From Fimbriimonadaceae bacterium (GTDB lineage: Bacteria; Armatimonadota; Fimbriimonadia; Fimbriimonadales; Fimbriimonadaceae): a stretch of DNA of 64,000 nucleotides. A program made the position numbers and the translations under genes. The notes beneath the pieces are model-generated. The model had not been told where the DNA came from, ran no database searches, and saw only the letters and a list, made by a program, of their open reading frames with translations. Positions 55,111-64,000 of the stretch are shown in pieces (within the stretch, counting starts at the first letter, position 1; each line of letters begins with the position of its first letter). Location: contig JBFWOL010000005.1 of the NCBI GenBank assembly GCA_050250535.1, positions 31,735-95,734 on the forward strand, in the 5' to 3' direction.

Positions 55111-56361
55111 ATGAGCGAAATTGACGTTCTCAGCATGGCGCGCGAGCAGTTGAAGACGGCTGCCCACTACCTAGATCTCGACGAAGGGCTCCATGAAGTG
55201 CTCGCCGCCCCTAAGCGGCAGCTCATAGTGCACTTTCCTGTGGTGCTGGATAGCGGCGAGGTCCGCTGCTTCGAGGGCTATCGTGTCCAGCACAACGTCA
55301 GCCGAGGACCGACCAAGGGCGGCATACGGTACCACCCCGACGTTGACCTGGGCGAGACGACTGCGCTCGCGATGTGGATGACGTGGAAGTGCGCTGTAGT
55401 CAATATTCCTTATGGCGGGGCCAAGGGCAGCGTCAAGGTCAACGTCAAGGAACTGAGCAAGCGCGAGATTGAAAAGCTGACCCGCCGCTACATCAGCGAG
55501 ATCAACATCGTGGTCGGGGAGCGGAGCGATATTCCCGCCCCGGACATCGGTACGAACGCCCAGGTGATGGCCTGGATCATGGACACGCTCTCCATCCAGG
55601 CGGGATACACGCTTCCCGGCGTCGTGACCGGCAAGCCGATCGAGCTAGGCGGCTCAGAGGGCCGGGTCGAGGCGACCGGCCGCGGCGTCGTGGTCTCGGC
55701 GATCGAGGCGTGCAAGGAGGCAGGTATCGAGCTGGGCGGTTCCAAGGTCGCCGTGCAGGGCTTTGGCAACGTCGGTTCTGTCGCTGCAGAGATCTGCGAA
55801 AGGGAGGGCGCGACGGTGGTCGCCGTGAGCGACGCGACCGGAGGGATCTATAACCCGAAAGGCTTGCCGGTGGCGGAACTGTACCGAAACTACAGCGGCG
55901 TGGACGGCGGTATCCGCAACTACAAGGAGTGCGAGCAGGTGTCGAACTCCGACTTGCTCGAACTGGAGTGCGACGTGTTGCTCCCTTGTGCGATCCAGGG
56001 ACAGATCACAGAGCACAACGCCGAAGAGATCAAGGCGAAGGTTATCGTTGAGGGCGCGAACGGGCCCACAACACTTCAGGCCGATAGGATCCTCAGTGAC
56101 AAAGGTCGGATGGTTGTACCGGACATTCTCGCCAATGCAGGGGGGGTTGTTACGAGCTACTTCGAGTGGGTGCAGGACCTCCAGAACTTCTTCTGGAGCG
56201 AGGACGAGGTCACCGAACGGCTGGCCAAGATCATGCGACGGGCATTCCACGACGTGCACGCCGTGCAGCAGAGGCACAAGACCGACATGCGCACGGCGGC
56301 AATGATCATCGCGGTGCAGCGTGTGGCCGATGCGACGACCCGACGCGGCATCTTCCCGTAG
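55111..56361 (+). CDS. gdhA: Glu/Leu/Phe/Val dehydrogenase family (glutamate dehydrogenase)
   Basis: KGGIRYHPDVDLGETTALAMWMTWKCAVVNIPYGGAKG; NAD(P) site GFGNVGS; the track ORF prefix 54505..55110 is an out-of-context read-in frame. Confidence 0.9.
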   Translation: MSEIDVLSMAREQLKTAAHYLDLDEGLHEVLAAPKRQLIVHFPVVLDSGEVRCFEGYRVQHNVSRGPTKGGIRYHPDVDLGETTALAMWMTWKCAVVNIPYGGAKGSVKVNVKELSKREIEKLTRRYISEINIVVGERSDIPAPDIGTNAQVMAWIMDTLSIQAGYTLPGVVTGKPIELGGSEGRVEATGRGVVVSAIEACKEAGIELGGSKVAVQGFGNVGSVAAEICEREGATVVAVSDATGGIYNPKGLPVAELYRNYSGVDGGIRNYKECEQVSNSDLLELECDVLLPCAIQGQITEHNAEEIKAKVIVEGANGPTTLQADRILSDKGRMVVPDILANAGGVVTSYFEWVQDLQNFFWSEDEVTERLAKIMRRAFHDVHAVQQRHKTDMRTAAMIIAVQRVADATTRRGIFP

Positions 56362-56406
56362 GTTCAAACTAGGACGTTCGACTCAGAGAGAGAGTAGAGT
56401 TGCCGG

Positions 56407-57732
56407 GTGGCCCGTGTCTTTCGCTGGCTTTGTGGCGCAGTCGGGCTCGGGCTCGCAGTCGGGGCGAGTGCCGACGTACCGTACGGCTACGACGACGCTG
56501 ACTACTACAACGTACTAGTCAGCGTTCAGATTTCGCTCGGCGAACCCTGGTCAAACCGGTTCCAGATCGACCAAGCGAACACCAAGGTGAGCTTCACCTA
56601 AGTGGACGTTTACTTTTCTGCCAAGGCGGAGACGTACCCCTATAGCGGCACGCAGCCCTTCGACGACGCCGACGTGGTGAAGATCCGGGCGAAGATCGGC
56701 AACTCAAAGACCCACACTTGGAACTTTTCCCCAGGGGGCGACCCGCCTAGTGGCGGCGTTACGTTCGACTTCGAGCAGGGCCACGGGCGGTTTGCGAGCA
56801 CGAACTTCGAAGACGGCAACACCGTCGTCCTATGGATGGAGGCGACATTCCGGCTTTACCAGAACGGAGGATCGATGGACGTGACGCTGCCGGTGAGCGC
56901 CAACTTCAAGGCGTACAACCAGCAGCTGACCTTCGGGACGACCGTCGGGACGCAGCCGAACCCGTTCTTGCCATCGATGGAGGAGGTCTCGACCGAGTTC
57001 TCGCAACGCGCCCGGACGAAGCTCAACGACGTGAAGCACGCGTCGCTCTCGGGGGCCGACCTGCAAGAACGGCCGGGGCTGGACGTCCACCTAGGGTCGC
57101 TCGCCGCGAAGGCGGTGGCGACGCACGGCGCGCCGGGGGGCTTCTGCGACTCGCACATGGACGACTACAACGACCCGGTGCACGGGTACGACTGGGCCGA
57201 AGCCGGTTTCAATGTGGGACTCTCCACCCGGACGGCGAACGGGGTGCCGCTACCGAACCTGATTCCGATGTACTCGTGCGACTGCTTCGGCGCGGCGGCG
57301 GCCGCCACGTTCGGGATCGACGAGGACTCCGTGGACAAGGCCTTCCTGGGCTTCGACCAAAAGGTGCACGCCTTCTTGATCCTGGACGACGTCCGTGCCG
57401 AGGTCAGCCTCTGGGATGTTATCTTTGACGGCGAGGGAAACATCGACATTAAGGGTTATCTTCACCAGCACATGGAGAAACTGCTTGACATTGCGCGCGG
57501 TTCCGGTTCCATTCATACAAGCGATCTCAAGCGGTTTGGTGACGCTGTCAGTACGGCAAACGCGAAGTACATGCCTCGCGGACTAGACGCTTCGACAGGC
57601 ATGTGCCCTGCCGTTCCAGCGCGGTATCTCGGCGACCCCTCTACCACAAGCAATCGTGTGTACTTGAACAACTCGGAGTGGTTCAGTGTGCCTCAAGGAA
57701 CAGTCGTAACATGGTACTACTTCTTCCCTTAG
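56407..57732 (+). pseudogene. secreted hypothetical protein interrupted by an in-frame TAA (56599-56601); alternatively a 64-aa signal-peptide ORF plus a 376-aa ORF restarting at GTG 56602
   Basis: ORF 56407..56601 encodes only a signal peptide plus 42 aa (..NTKVSFT*). The same frame continues immediately with VDVYFSAKAETYPYSG.. with no own signal peptide and beta-strand character continuous across the stop. Confidence 0.45.
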
Positions 57733-59069
57733 CCCTAGCGCTCCATGCGCCCGCTGGCCCAATCGTCGAGAGCGACTCATATGACAGCTACCGGGACGTG
57801 CCGGTAGTGCGCTGGCTCGGTGCAGACCCTGAGGAACTGGTCTCCAAGGCTCGTGCCGCATTGCTCCACCTAAAGCCGCGCTTGAACCGCGTAGTACGCT
57901 ACGGTGACAGGGCGTTCGAGACTAATGACATGGAGAGCCGACTTTCAAGTTCGGTGCCGTCCGTGGAGTTTGACTCGCGGAGTCCCGGCGTGGTCGTCGC
58001 TACGCTTTACTTTGAGCTAGGGAGCCGAGTGGAGTTCAAACTTCCGGATCCTCTGCCGACGATGGTGGCATTAGGCAGCTCGTACAGTGACGGCTTACGA
58101 CCAATCGCCCCTGGCGAGGATGCACCGTGGGCAGAGCAAGTTGCCATCTTGGCCTACGAAAAGCTCGTGGATCCCTGTCCAGGCTTGTATGCGAGCCATA
58201 CGAGTGTTCGAGAGTCGCTGTTGCTTCAAAGGTCACCAACGGATGCAGGTGTGGCGAACGTGTCGCTGTCAATGCCTCCGGAGGGCTGTTCTCATCCCTA
58301 TCGGAGGCCTGTAGCAACGATGGAGATCAGCGTAGAGACTGGGGAGGTCCTTTGGATCTCGCGAACCCCGTTGCCCCCCGTCCGCCCTGGCGACGTTCCC
58401 ACCATCGACATGCACGAGGCCGAGGCTAGGGTGCTCGCGGCTTGGCAACGGCATCTGGCCTGGCCCAACATCCGCATCCAGGTCGAGCCGCCCGGCTACT
58501 GGTTCATCGCGGACAACCGCCTCGACGCGGCGCACGAGCGGACGCACGGGCAGCAGCGCTGCTTCGAGGAGAAGAAGTGGATCCTAATGTACGTCGGGAA
58601 GATCTGGGACCCGAGCTCGGGCCAGAACGGCGACCCCTTGAAGCTGTGCCTATTCCAGGTCGACGCCGTGGAAGGGAACGTGATCAACTTCGTGGACGCG
58701 ACGAGACGTTTGCAGGCGCTTCTGGGCACCATGCTCTCGTCAGACTCTCCGGGCGGCATCGCCCCCCAAGGCCCTGACCCACCGTTCGAGCCGTCTTCGG
58801 TGAAGGCGCTGGCTGCGCCGGGCCGTCCGCCGTTCACCTTGGAGGCTGGGCTGGGGCCATCGTTGGCTGCCAGCTCGGCCGAGCGGCCGGACGGGGTCTC
58901 ATGCGGCGTGCACGTTTCAGGCGCTTTGCGAGAAGCGGTCGCCGAACCCGCGGCGGGGCGGCTGTGGGTGCGGACGGACGGTGCCGGGTGGATCCCCTAC
59001 GCTCTGCCCTCTGGAGCAGCGGGATGGCTGTCCCGTCCCGTCGAGGGGCTCCGCTCGTTCGGCAAATAG
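57711..59069 (+). CDS. secreted hypothetical protein
   Basis: ATG at 57711 yields signal peptide MVLLLPLALALHAPA; overlaps the preceding gene by 22 nt; no recognised domain. Confidence 0.5.
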   Translation: MVLLLPLALALHAPAGPIVESDSYDSYRDVPVVRWLGADPEELVSKARAALLHLKPRLNRVVRYGDRAFETNDMESRLSSSVPSVEFDSRSPGVVVATLYFELGSRVEFKLPDPLPTMVALGSSYSDGLRPIAPGEDAPWAEQVAILAYEKLVDPCPGLYASHTSVRESLLLQRSPTDAGVANVSLSMPPEGCSHPYRRPVATMEISVETGEVLWISRTPLPPVRPGDVPTIDMHEAEARVLAAWQRHLAWPNIRIQVEPPGYWFIADNRLDAAHERTHGQQRCFEEKKWILMYVGKIWDPSSGQNGDPLKLCLFQVDAVEGNVINFVDATRRLQALLGTMLSSDSPGGIAPQGPDPPFEPSSVKALAAPGRPPFTLEAGLGPSLAASSAERPDGVSCGVHVSGALREAVAEPAAGRLWVRTDGAGWIPYALPSGAAGWLSRPVEGLRSFGK

Positions 59070-59120
59070 GTCTACTGGCGGCCTCGCGCGGGCCAGGGTA
59101 TCCTTGAACCTCTCCCGAGT

Positions 59121-59206
59121 GCGCGGGTGGTGAAATTGGTAGACACGCTACCTTGAGGTGGTAGTGCCCACAAAGCGTGAAGGTTCGAGTCCTTTCCCGC
59201 GCACCA
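59121..59206 (+). tRNA. tRNA-Leu (anticodon GAG), type II with long variable arm
   Basis: GCGCGGGTGGTGAAATTGGTAGACACGCTACCTTGAGGTGGTAGTGCCCACAAAGCGTGAAGGTTCGAGTCCTTTCCCGCGCACCA: perfect 7-bp acceptor, anticodon loop UUGAGGU, encoded CCA. Confidence 0.85.
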
Positions 59207-59319
59207 AGCCTCCAACGGAACTAGGCAGCTTTCGATGCCTAGGAGTCGTCAAGGAGATAAAGGCCAGCAACAAGACTAGGGATCGTATTTTTCCGGGCGA
59301 AGTGGTGCTGGTGCTCTGC

Positions 59320-60885
59320 TCAGACGACTCGCAGTCCGAGTGCGGAGCGTGCTTCGAGCCGCTTCTCAATAACCTGGCTTGCTTCCGTGATCGCCAATCC
59401 ACCTAGTCCCGTGCACCGAAGCTCTCGCGGCATTTGAGCCGACACCCGCTTGGCCGTCTCGATCACTTCGTCCAACGGAACCACGGACGCGAAACCTGCG
59501 AGGGCCATGTTCGCACATGCGAGTGCGTTCGAAGCAGCCATCACGTTTTTGCCCAGGCAGGGAACCTCGACGCGCTTGGCAACCGGGTCGCAGATGAGTC
59601 CGATCATGTTTTGAAGAGCGATCGAAGCGGCAGCCACACTGTCCGACACAGACCCTCCGGCTAGTCCGGTCAATGCTGCCGCCGCCATGCAAGCTGCCGC
59701 TCCGCCTTCCGCCTGGCACCCTCCGACCTCGGCTGCGAACGTCCATGCGGTGGCGATGAATACTCCGACCAGGCCCCCTGCGAGCATCGCCTTGGCCATG
59801 TCCTCCAGTCCCAATCCAAGCTCCTCGCACGCGCCGATGACAGCAGCGGGAAACGCTGCGCACGCCCCCGCTGTGGGGGCGGCGACGAGCACCCCCATCG
59901 AGCTCTTCACCTCCATCAGGGCCGAAACGTAGAGGACGATCCGGTTCAGCATCCCACCGTCGAGCAACTTTCCCGATTCCAGCTTGGCCCGATATGTTGG
60001 AGTCTGAGGCGGGAGTATGCGGTCTTCGTAGCTCGTTCCCGCGATTCCTTGCGAGATGGAGGATCGCAGAATGCGGACGATCTCGACCATCTTTTCGATG
60101 ACTTCTTCCTCGGCGAGGTTCCCGCGAGCAGACTCGTACTGGACGGCCAGTTTCCACAGTGGGGCGTCCGACGCTGATGCGAGCATCTCTGCGCACGTCG
60201 TGAACGGCACAGTGACGTTTCGCCGAGAAAGTACCGGAAGGACAGGGAACAAGCGCCTGACCCTGGTGACCGAAACGCCTGGGAACGCGGCGCCGACCTC
60301 CTCGTCAGAATAGTGCCTGGACGACCGGACTTCCACCATTCCGTCGTGGACGGCGATCTCCTCGATGTCCGGGAGTGCCATTTTAACGGACTCAACTCTG
60401 ATCTCGTTGGCGGCTCCCGAAAACTGTACTAGCGTCTCGAAGTAGTCGCCTCGGATATCGACTTCAGTCCCGTCGATCGTCAAGACTTCGATCATCCCTC
60501 CGCCGGTAGAGATAGCGGTGAGACGAACTTCTTCCAACTTGTTCTTAAGGGATAGGCGGTATGTATTGGGATGGGGATCGCCAACGTCGACCGTCTCGAT
60601 TTGGACGACCGTTCCTTGCGCACGGATCAGCTGGGGCGAGTCAGGCAGTCGCTCATCGTCCGCCTCCCATCCCATCAGTCCACCGAAGAGACCCATGTCG
60701 GATCCTTGCGATTCGTGGGTGGTGGGGAGCGCACCAGCCCGGTCGAACTCGACCAGCACGGAGTCGACCGTGCCGCCCATCAGGTCACGCGCGAGCCTAC
60801 CGATCCGTAGTGCGGCGGCGCAGTGTGAGCTCGACGCCCCGCGCATCACCGGACCTACGACGTCATTGAAGATGCTGACTTTCAT
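59320..60885 (-). CDS. sdaA: L-serine dehydratase, iron-sulfur dependent (single-chain alpha+beta)
   Basis: MKVSIFNDVVGPVMRGASSSH N-terminus; Cys cluster region; ATG 60885 forms an ATGA overlap with the GH95 stop (track ORF opens at GTG 60939). Confidence 0.8.
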   Translation of the reverse strand: MKVSIFNDVVGPVMRGASSSHCAAALRIGRLARDLMGGTVDSVLVEFDRAGALPTTHESQGSDMGLFGGLMGWEADDERLPDSPQLIRAQGTVVQIETVDVGDPHPNTYRLSLKNKLEEVRLTAISTGGGMIEVLTIDGTEVDIRGDYFETLVQFSGAANEIRVESVKMALPDIEEIAVHDGMVEVRSSRHYSDEEVGAAFPGVSVTRVRRLFPVLPVLSRRNVTVPFTTCAEMLASASDAPLWKLAVQYESARGNLAEEEVIEKMVEIVRILRSSISQGIAGTSYEDRILPPQTPTYRAKLESGKLLDGGMLNRIVLYVSALMEVKSSMGVLVAAPTAGACAAFPAAVIGACEELGLGLEDMAKAMLAGGLVGVFIATAWTFAAEVGGCQAEGGAAACMAAAALTGLAGGSVSDSVAAASIALQNMIGLICDPVAKRVEVPCLGKNVMAASNALACANMALAGFASVVPLDEVIETAKRVSAQMPRELRCTGLGGLAITEASQVIEKRLEARSALGLRVV

Positions 60886-63212
60886 TTCTGTTCCGGCGAT
60901 ACCCGCTGCGGCTTCCCAGGCTGGCAATCGACCTCCCACTCATGGCTCCGCCAGACGACTGTGGCTTTGCCACCGAGCGGAGAGCGGATCACGGCTTCGA
61001 GCAACCGACCGTCCTTCCACTCGATGTCTACGATGAAGCCGCCCCGGGCGCACAGGCCACGGACTCTCCCTGCGGGCCATGCGTTCGGCATGGCTGGCAG
61101 TAACTCAATTCGACCGGTGTGGCTCTGAAGGAGCATCTCGCAATAGCCCGCAGAGGCCCCGAAGTTCCCGTCAATCTGGAACGGTGGGTGTGCGTCGAGG
61201 AGGTTGGGATAGACCCCGCCGCCCTTCTCGCCATAGATGGTGCTTTTCTCCCTCGTGATGGTGAGGAGGCTCCGGAGGAGCGCATAGGCCCGGTCGCCGT
61301 CTCCGAGCCGTGCCCAGAAATTGATCTTCCACGCCCGGCTCCAACCCGTGCTTGCATCCCCGCGAGCGTTGAGCGACACCCGGGCTGCCTCGGCCAGATC
61401 GGGCGTGACTCTCTGAGTGATCTGTCGCCCAGGGAACAGGGCGAAGAGGTGAGAGACGTGGCGGTGCTGGTCTTTCGGGTCGTCGCGGTCGGCCTCCCAT
61501 TCCTGGAGTTGGCCCCAGCTGCCGACTACGGGCTTCAGCAGCTTCTCGCGCAGACCGGCGATGTAGCTGCGGAAATCCTGGTCGTCGCCAAGGACGTCGG
61601 CTGCCTCGATCGTGTTCGTAAAGAGGTCGTAGACGATTTCCTGGTCGTAGGTGACGCCTTCTTCTGACGGTCCGTGCTCGGGCGACCATCCGTCGGGAAC
61701 GACCAAAGTGCCGTCCGAGCGCCTCTTCAGGCGGTCGTCCCAAAACTGGCAGACTTCTTTCATCACCGGGTAGGCGATATTGCGGAGATAAGCCTCGTCC
61801 CGCCCGAACGCAAAGTGCTCCCAGAGGTGTAGTGCATACCATGCGCTACCGGGCGGGTTCCACTTCCAGAAGCCGACCCCGCACGCGTTGTTCATGGTCT
61901 GGACCGTCCATCCCCGGACCTTTCCGTACTTTCTTTGCGTGTTCTTGGCGCTGACCTCGCGAATGCTGTCGACGTAGTGGATGAACGGCAGATGGCACTC
62001 GCCCAAGTTGGCGGTCTCGGCCGGCCAGTAGTTCATTTCCAGGTTGATGTTCGAGTGGTAGTCGCCTGCCCAGGCCGGTTCGTTGCTGTCGTTCCAAACG
62101 CCTTGGAGGTTCGCGGGCAGAGAGCCAGGACGCGAGCACGAGATGAGAAGATAGCGGCCGAACTGGAAGAACAGAGCCTCGAGGTTAGGATCGGCACCGT
62201 GCCCCTCTCGATAGGCCTCGAGCCGCTCGGACGTAGGTTTGGCCAATGTCTCGGCGTCCGTCGTTCCCAAATTCGCGGACACTCGCCGGAACAGTCGCTG
62301 ATAGTCCTTCGTGTGGCGGTCCAAGAGCTCACGGAAGGGGCGCTGGGCCGCCTTTGTCACTACTTCGTTCACCCTCTCCTTGGGGTGGTGGCCGAGCCAA
62401 CCGGTCGAGTGGTCTTGCGCGAAGTTGGTGCCCGCCGAGAGGAGGATGGTAACGCTGTCACATGCCTCAAACTCGACACACGAACGTGGCTCCTCAATAT
62501 TCCATGGGTTGGTGCTGCGGTGCAGTCCCGATCGGACGGCGCCACCGTGGGCGATGACTGTGGCCCGCGCTTCGTACTCGAACCCGTTCGCCATGCGTCC
62601 GCTAGACCGAAGCGAGGCTCCTTCGGAAGCGATGTCGGCGCCATGCATGTCGGCGAGGTGGATGCGACCGGAAAGCGCGTTAGACTTGTCGGCCTCGAGG
62701 TGCATCACGACGACCTTGTCCGGGTGGCTGGCAAAGGTCGTCCTCCGGTAACGGACGCCAGCGTGCGTGTAGGCGACAGTGTGCACCGCGCCGTCCAGGT
62801 CGAGAGTCTGCCTGTAGTCCTTGACCTCTTCCCACGCATGACCAAGGTGGACGAAGACGTCACCGAACGCTTGGTACGCGCCCAGGTCTTGCCCTTCGTC
62901 GTCCAGCCCGTCCTGCATCATACGAGCACCGCTCCAAAGGCTGATCTCGTTGAACTGCATGCGCTCGACTTCGGTTCCGCCGAAGAGCATCGCGCCCATC
63001 GGCCCGTTGCCAATGGGATATGCCTCGGTCATCCAGTCCGATGCGGGAAGGAGGGAAAGGAGGACCATCGGGTTCGGATCCTGGCCCCTCTTGTGGGTGA
63101 TGACTTTCATGGCAGCCTCTGCGTCCACCGACATTGCGACCCCCAGGGCAGAAGCCGACTGCAAAAGTCGCCGACGGGTGATCCTGGTATGGAGAGGGCG
63201 ATGGTGGGGCAT
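60882..63212 (-). CDS. glycoside hydrolase family 95 (alpha-L-fucosidase-like) with Tat signal
   Basis: Twin-arginine ITRRRLLQSASALGVA; GH95 hallmarks (FNEISLWSG, GSLPANLQGVWND, HSNINLEMNYWP, PNLLDAHPPFQIDGNFG). Confidence 0.8.
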   Translation of the reverse strand: MPHHRPLHTRITRRRLLQSASALGVAMSVDAEAAMKVITHKRGQDPNPMVLLSLLPASDWMTEAYPIGNGPMGAMLFGGTEVERMQFNEISLWSGARMMQDGLDDEGQDLGAYQAFGDVFVHLGHAWEEVKDYRQTLDLDGAVHTVAYTHAGVRYRRTTFASHPDKVVVMHLEADKSNALSGRIHLADMHGADIASEGASLRSSGRMANGFEYEARATVIAHGGAVRSGLHRSTNPWNIEEPRSCVEFEACDSVTILLSAGTNFAQDHSTGWLGHHPKERVNEVVTKAAQRPFRELLDRHTKDYQRLFRRVSANLGTTDAETLAKPTSERLEAYREGHGADPNLEALFFQFGRYLLISCSRPGSLPANLQGVWNDSNEPAWAGDYHSNINLEMNYWPAETANLGECHLPFIHYVDSIREVSAKNTQRKYGKVRGWTVQTMNNACGVGFWKWNPPGSAWYALHLWEHFAFGRDEAYLRNIAYPVMKEVCQFWDDRLKRRSDGTLVVPDGWSPEHGPSEEGVTYDQEIVYDLFTNTIEAADVLGDDQDFRSYIAGLREKLLKPVVGSWGQLQEWEADRDDPKDQHRHVSHLFALFPGRQITQRVTPDLAEAARVSLNARGDASTGWSRAWKINFWARLGDGDRAYALLRSLLTITREKSTIYGEKGGGVYPNLLDAHPPFQIDGNFGASAGYCEMLLQSHTGRIELLPAMPNAWPAGRVRGLCARGGFIVDIEWKDGRLLEAVIRSPLGGKATVVWRSHEWEVDCQPGKPQRVSPEQK

Positions 63213-63308
63213 GGGATCTGCTCCAATTCGAACGAGACGGCACTATCGTACCGACTTGGAGGAGAAGCTTGGCCAACGTCTAGAGGCGCAGGAGAAATTT
63301 CAGGTTCA

Positions 63309-63320
63309 GAATACGTATTC
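63309..63320. promoter_or_regulatory. perfect 12-bp palindrome GAATACGTATTC in the divergent GH95/GH13 intergenic region, 5 nt upstream of a TATAAT (63326-63331); candidate repressor operator
   Basis: Read directly from the sequence. Confidence 0.3.
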
Positions 63321-63352
63321 CAAGCTATAATGGCGGACACAGCGCCGAGTTC

Positions 63353-64000
63353 ATGAAGCGACTTCGACCCTTCCTTGCCCTCCTGGCCCTTCTTGCGTGC
63401 GGCCCCGCCACGGCGCAGAAGTCACCCGTTCCCATCGGGCCGCCCTCGCGGGTGGGGCTTGGAGCCGGTCAGTGGAAGGTAGTGACGGTCTCGGCGAGCG
63501 ACTGGCACTCCGAAATGCGTGCGACGTTGCGTCCGACGCTCGGAAATGCCGACCTCTACGTTCGATTTGGCCAGGCACCCACCCTGACCCAGTACGACGC
63601 ACGGAGCGCGAACCCCGTCGGGGAAAAGACTGTGATTCTCGACGGCACATCGAACCCAACCCTCAGGACAGGCACCTACTACGTAGGAATCTACGCCGTA
63701 ACGAACTGCCTGTTCACTTCAACGAACGCGGTGTCGTCCAAAGCGTCTACTCGGCCAGGGATGGGCGCCGTCCCCTATGCAGGTGGAGTCACGTTCCGAG
63801 TGTGGACACCCTTCTCGACCCAGGTGTCGGTGCCCGGCTCGTTCAACGGTTGGAACACTTCCGCCGCCAAGCTAGTGCACAAGGGCGAGGGCTTGTGGTC
63901 GCTCGACTATCGCAACGTCCAACCGGGCGCGCAGTATAAGTTTTATCTCACTACGCCCATTGGCAGCCTTTGGCGCAACGATCCGCGGGCCAAAGACTTT
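63353..64000 (+). CDS. secreted GH13-type alpha-glucan enzyme (lipoprotein signal + PPC-like domain + CBM48/E-set domain), 3'-partial
   Basis: Not in the ORF track because it runs off the window end. ATG 63353: MKRLRPFLALLALLACG (lipobox); GVTFRVWTPFSTQVSVPGSFNGWN..GLWSL..QYKFYL is the CBM48 N-domain of branching enzymes/pullulanases; open through nt 64000. Confidence 0.6.
   Translation, partial: MKRLRPFLALLALLACGPATAQKSPVPIGPPSRVGLGAGQWKVVTVSASDWHSEMRATLRPTLGNADLYVRFGQAPTLTQYDARSANPVGEKTVILDGTSNPTLRTGTYYVGIYAVTNCLFTSTNAVSSKASTRPGMGAVPYAGGVTFRVWTPFSTQVSVPGSFNGWNTSAAKLVHKGEGLWSLDYRNVQPGAQYKFYLTTPIGSLWRNDPRAKDF

Noticed and set aside
59207-59319. Hairpin CTAGGCA-gctttcga-TGCCTAG downstream of tRNA-Leu as terminator
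   Set aside because: No U-tract on either strand; may still be structural, but there is insufficient evidence to call a terminator.

Overview
High-GC (~65%) chromosomal segment from a flagellated, diderm bacterium; Armatimonadota-like is only a guess. It is densely packed with housekeeping genes, many translationally coupled through ATGA/TAATG overlaps. Main blocks: (i) MrfA-like helicase, DAHP synthase, coaBC-gmk-yvcK, mutS; (ii) a leftward serS-dprE1-dprE2-selD cluster in which selD appears to be a selenoprotein with an in-frame TGA that the ORF track truncated; (iii) rpsF-ssb, PGI/PMI, an orphan GAF-PAS histidine kinase, a DnaJ-WD40 fusion; (iv) a leftward block M50-SPFH-prfA-metalloprotease-phosphoesterase-duplicated membrane proteins-tRNA-Arg; (v) a late flagellar cluster flgF-flgG-flgA-flgH-flgI-flgJ(rod-binding)-flgN-flgK-flgL-fliW-csrA followed by ribF; (vi) two MDR dehydrogenases plus a cupin, an M48 peptidase, a ceramidase-like hydrolase, purH, mreBCD, gdh, two unknown secreted proteins (one split by an in-frame TAA), tRNA-Leu, sdaA, and a GH95 fucosidase divergent from a 3'-partial GH13/CBM48 gene. 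No mobile elements, CRISPR arrays or rRNA were seen. Many long antisense and alternate-frame ORFs in the track are high-GC artefacts. The most notable observations are the Sec-containing SelD, DprE1/DprE2 orthologues outside the Actinobacteria (Cys387 replaced by Ala), a FlgA carrying an N-terminal rod-protein-like domain, a membrane-anchored YvcK, and an interrupted secreted protein.
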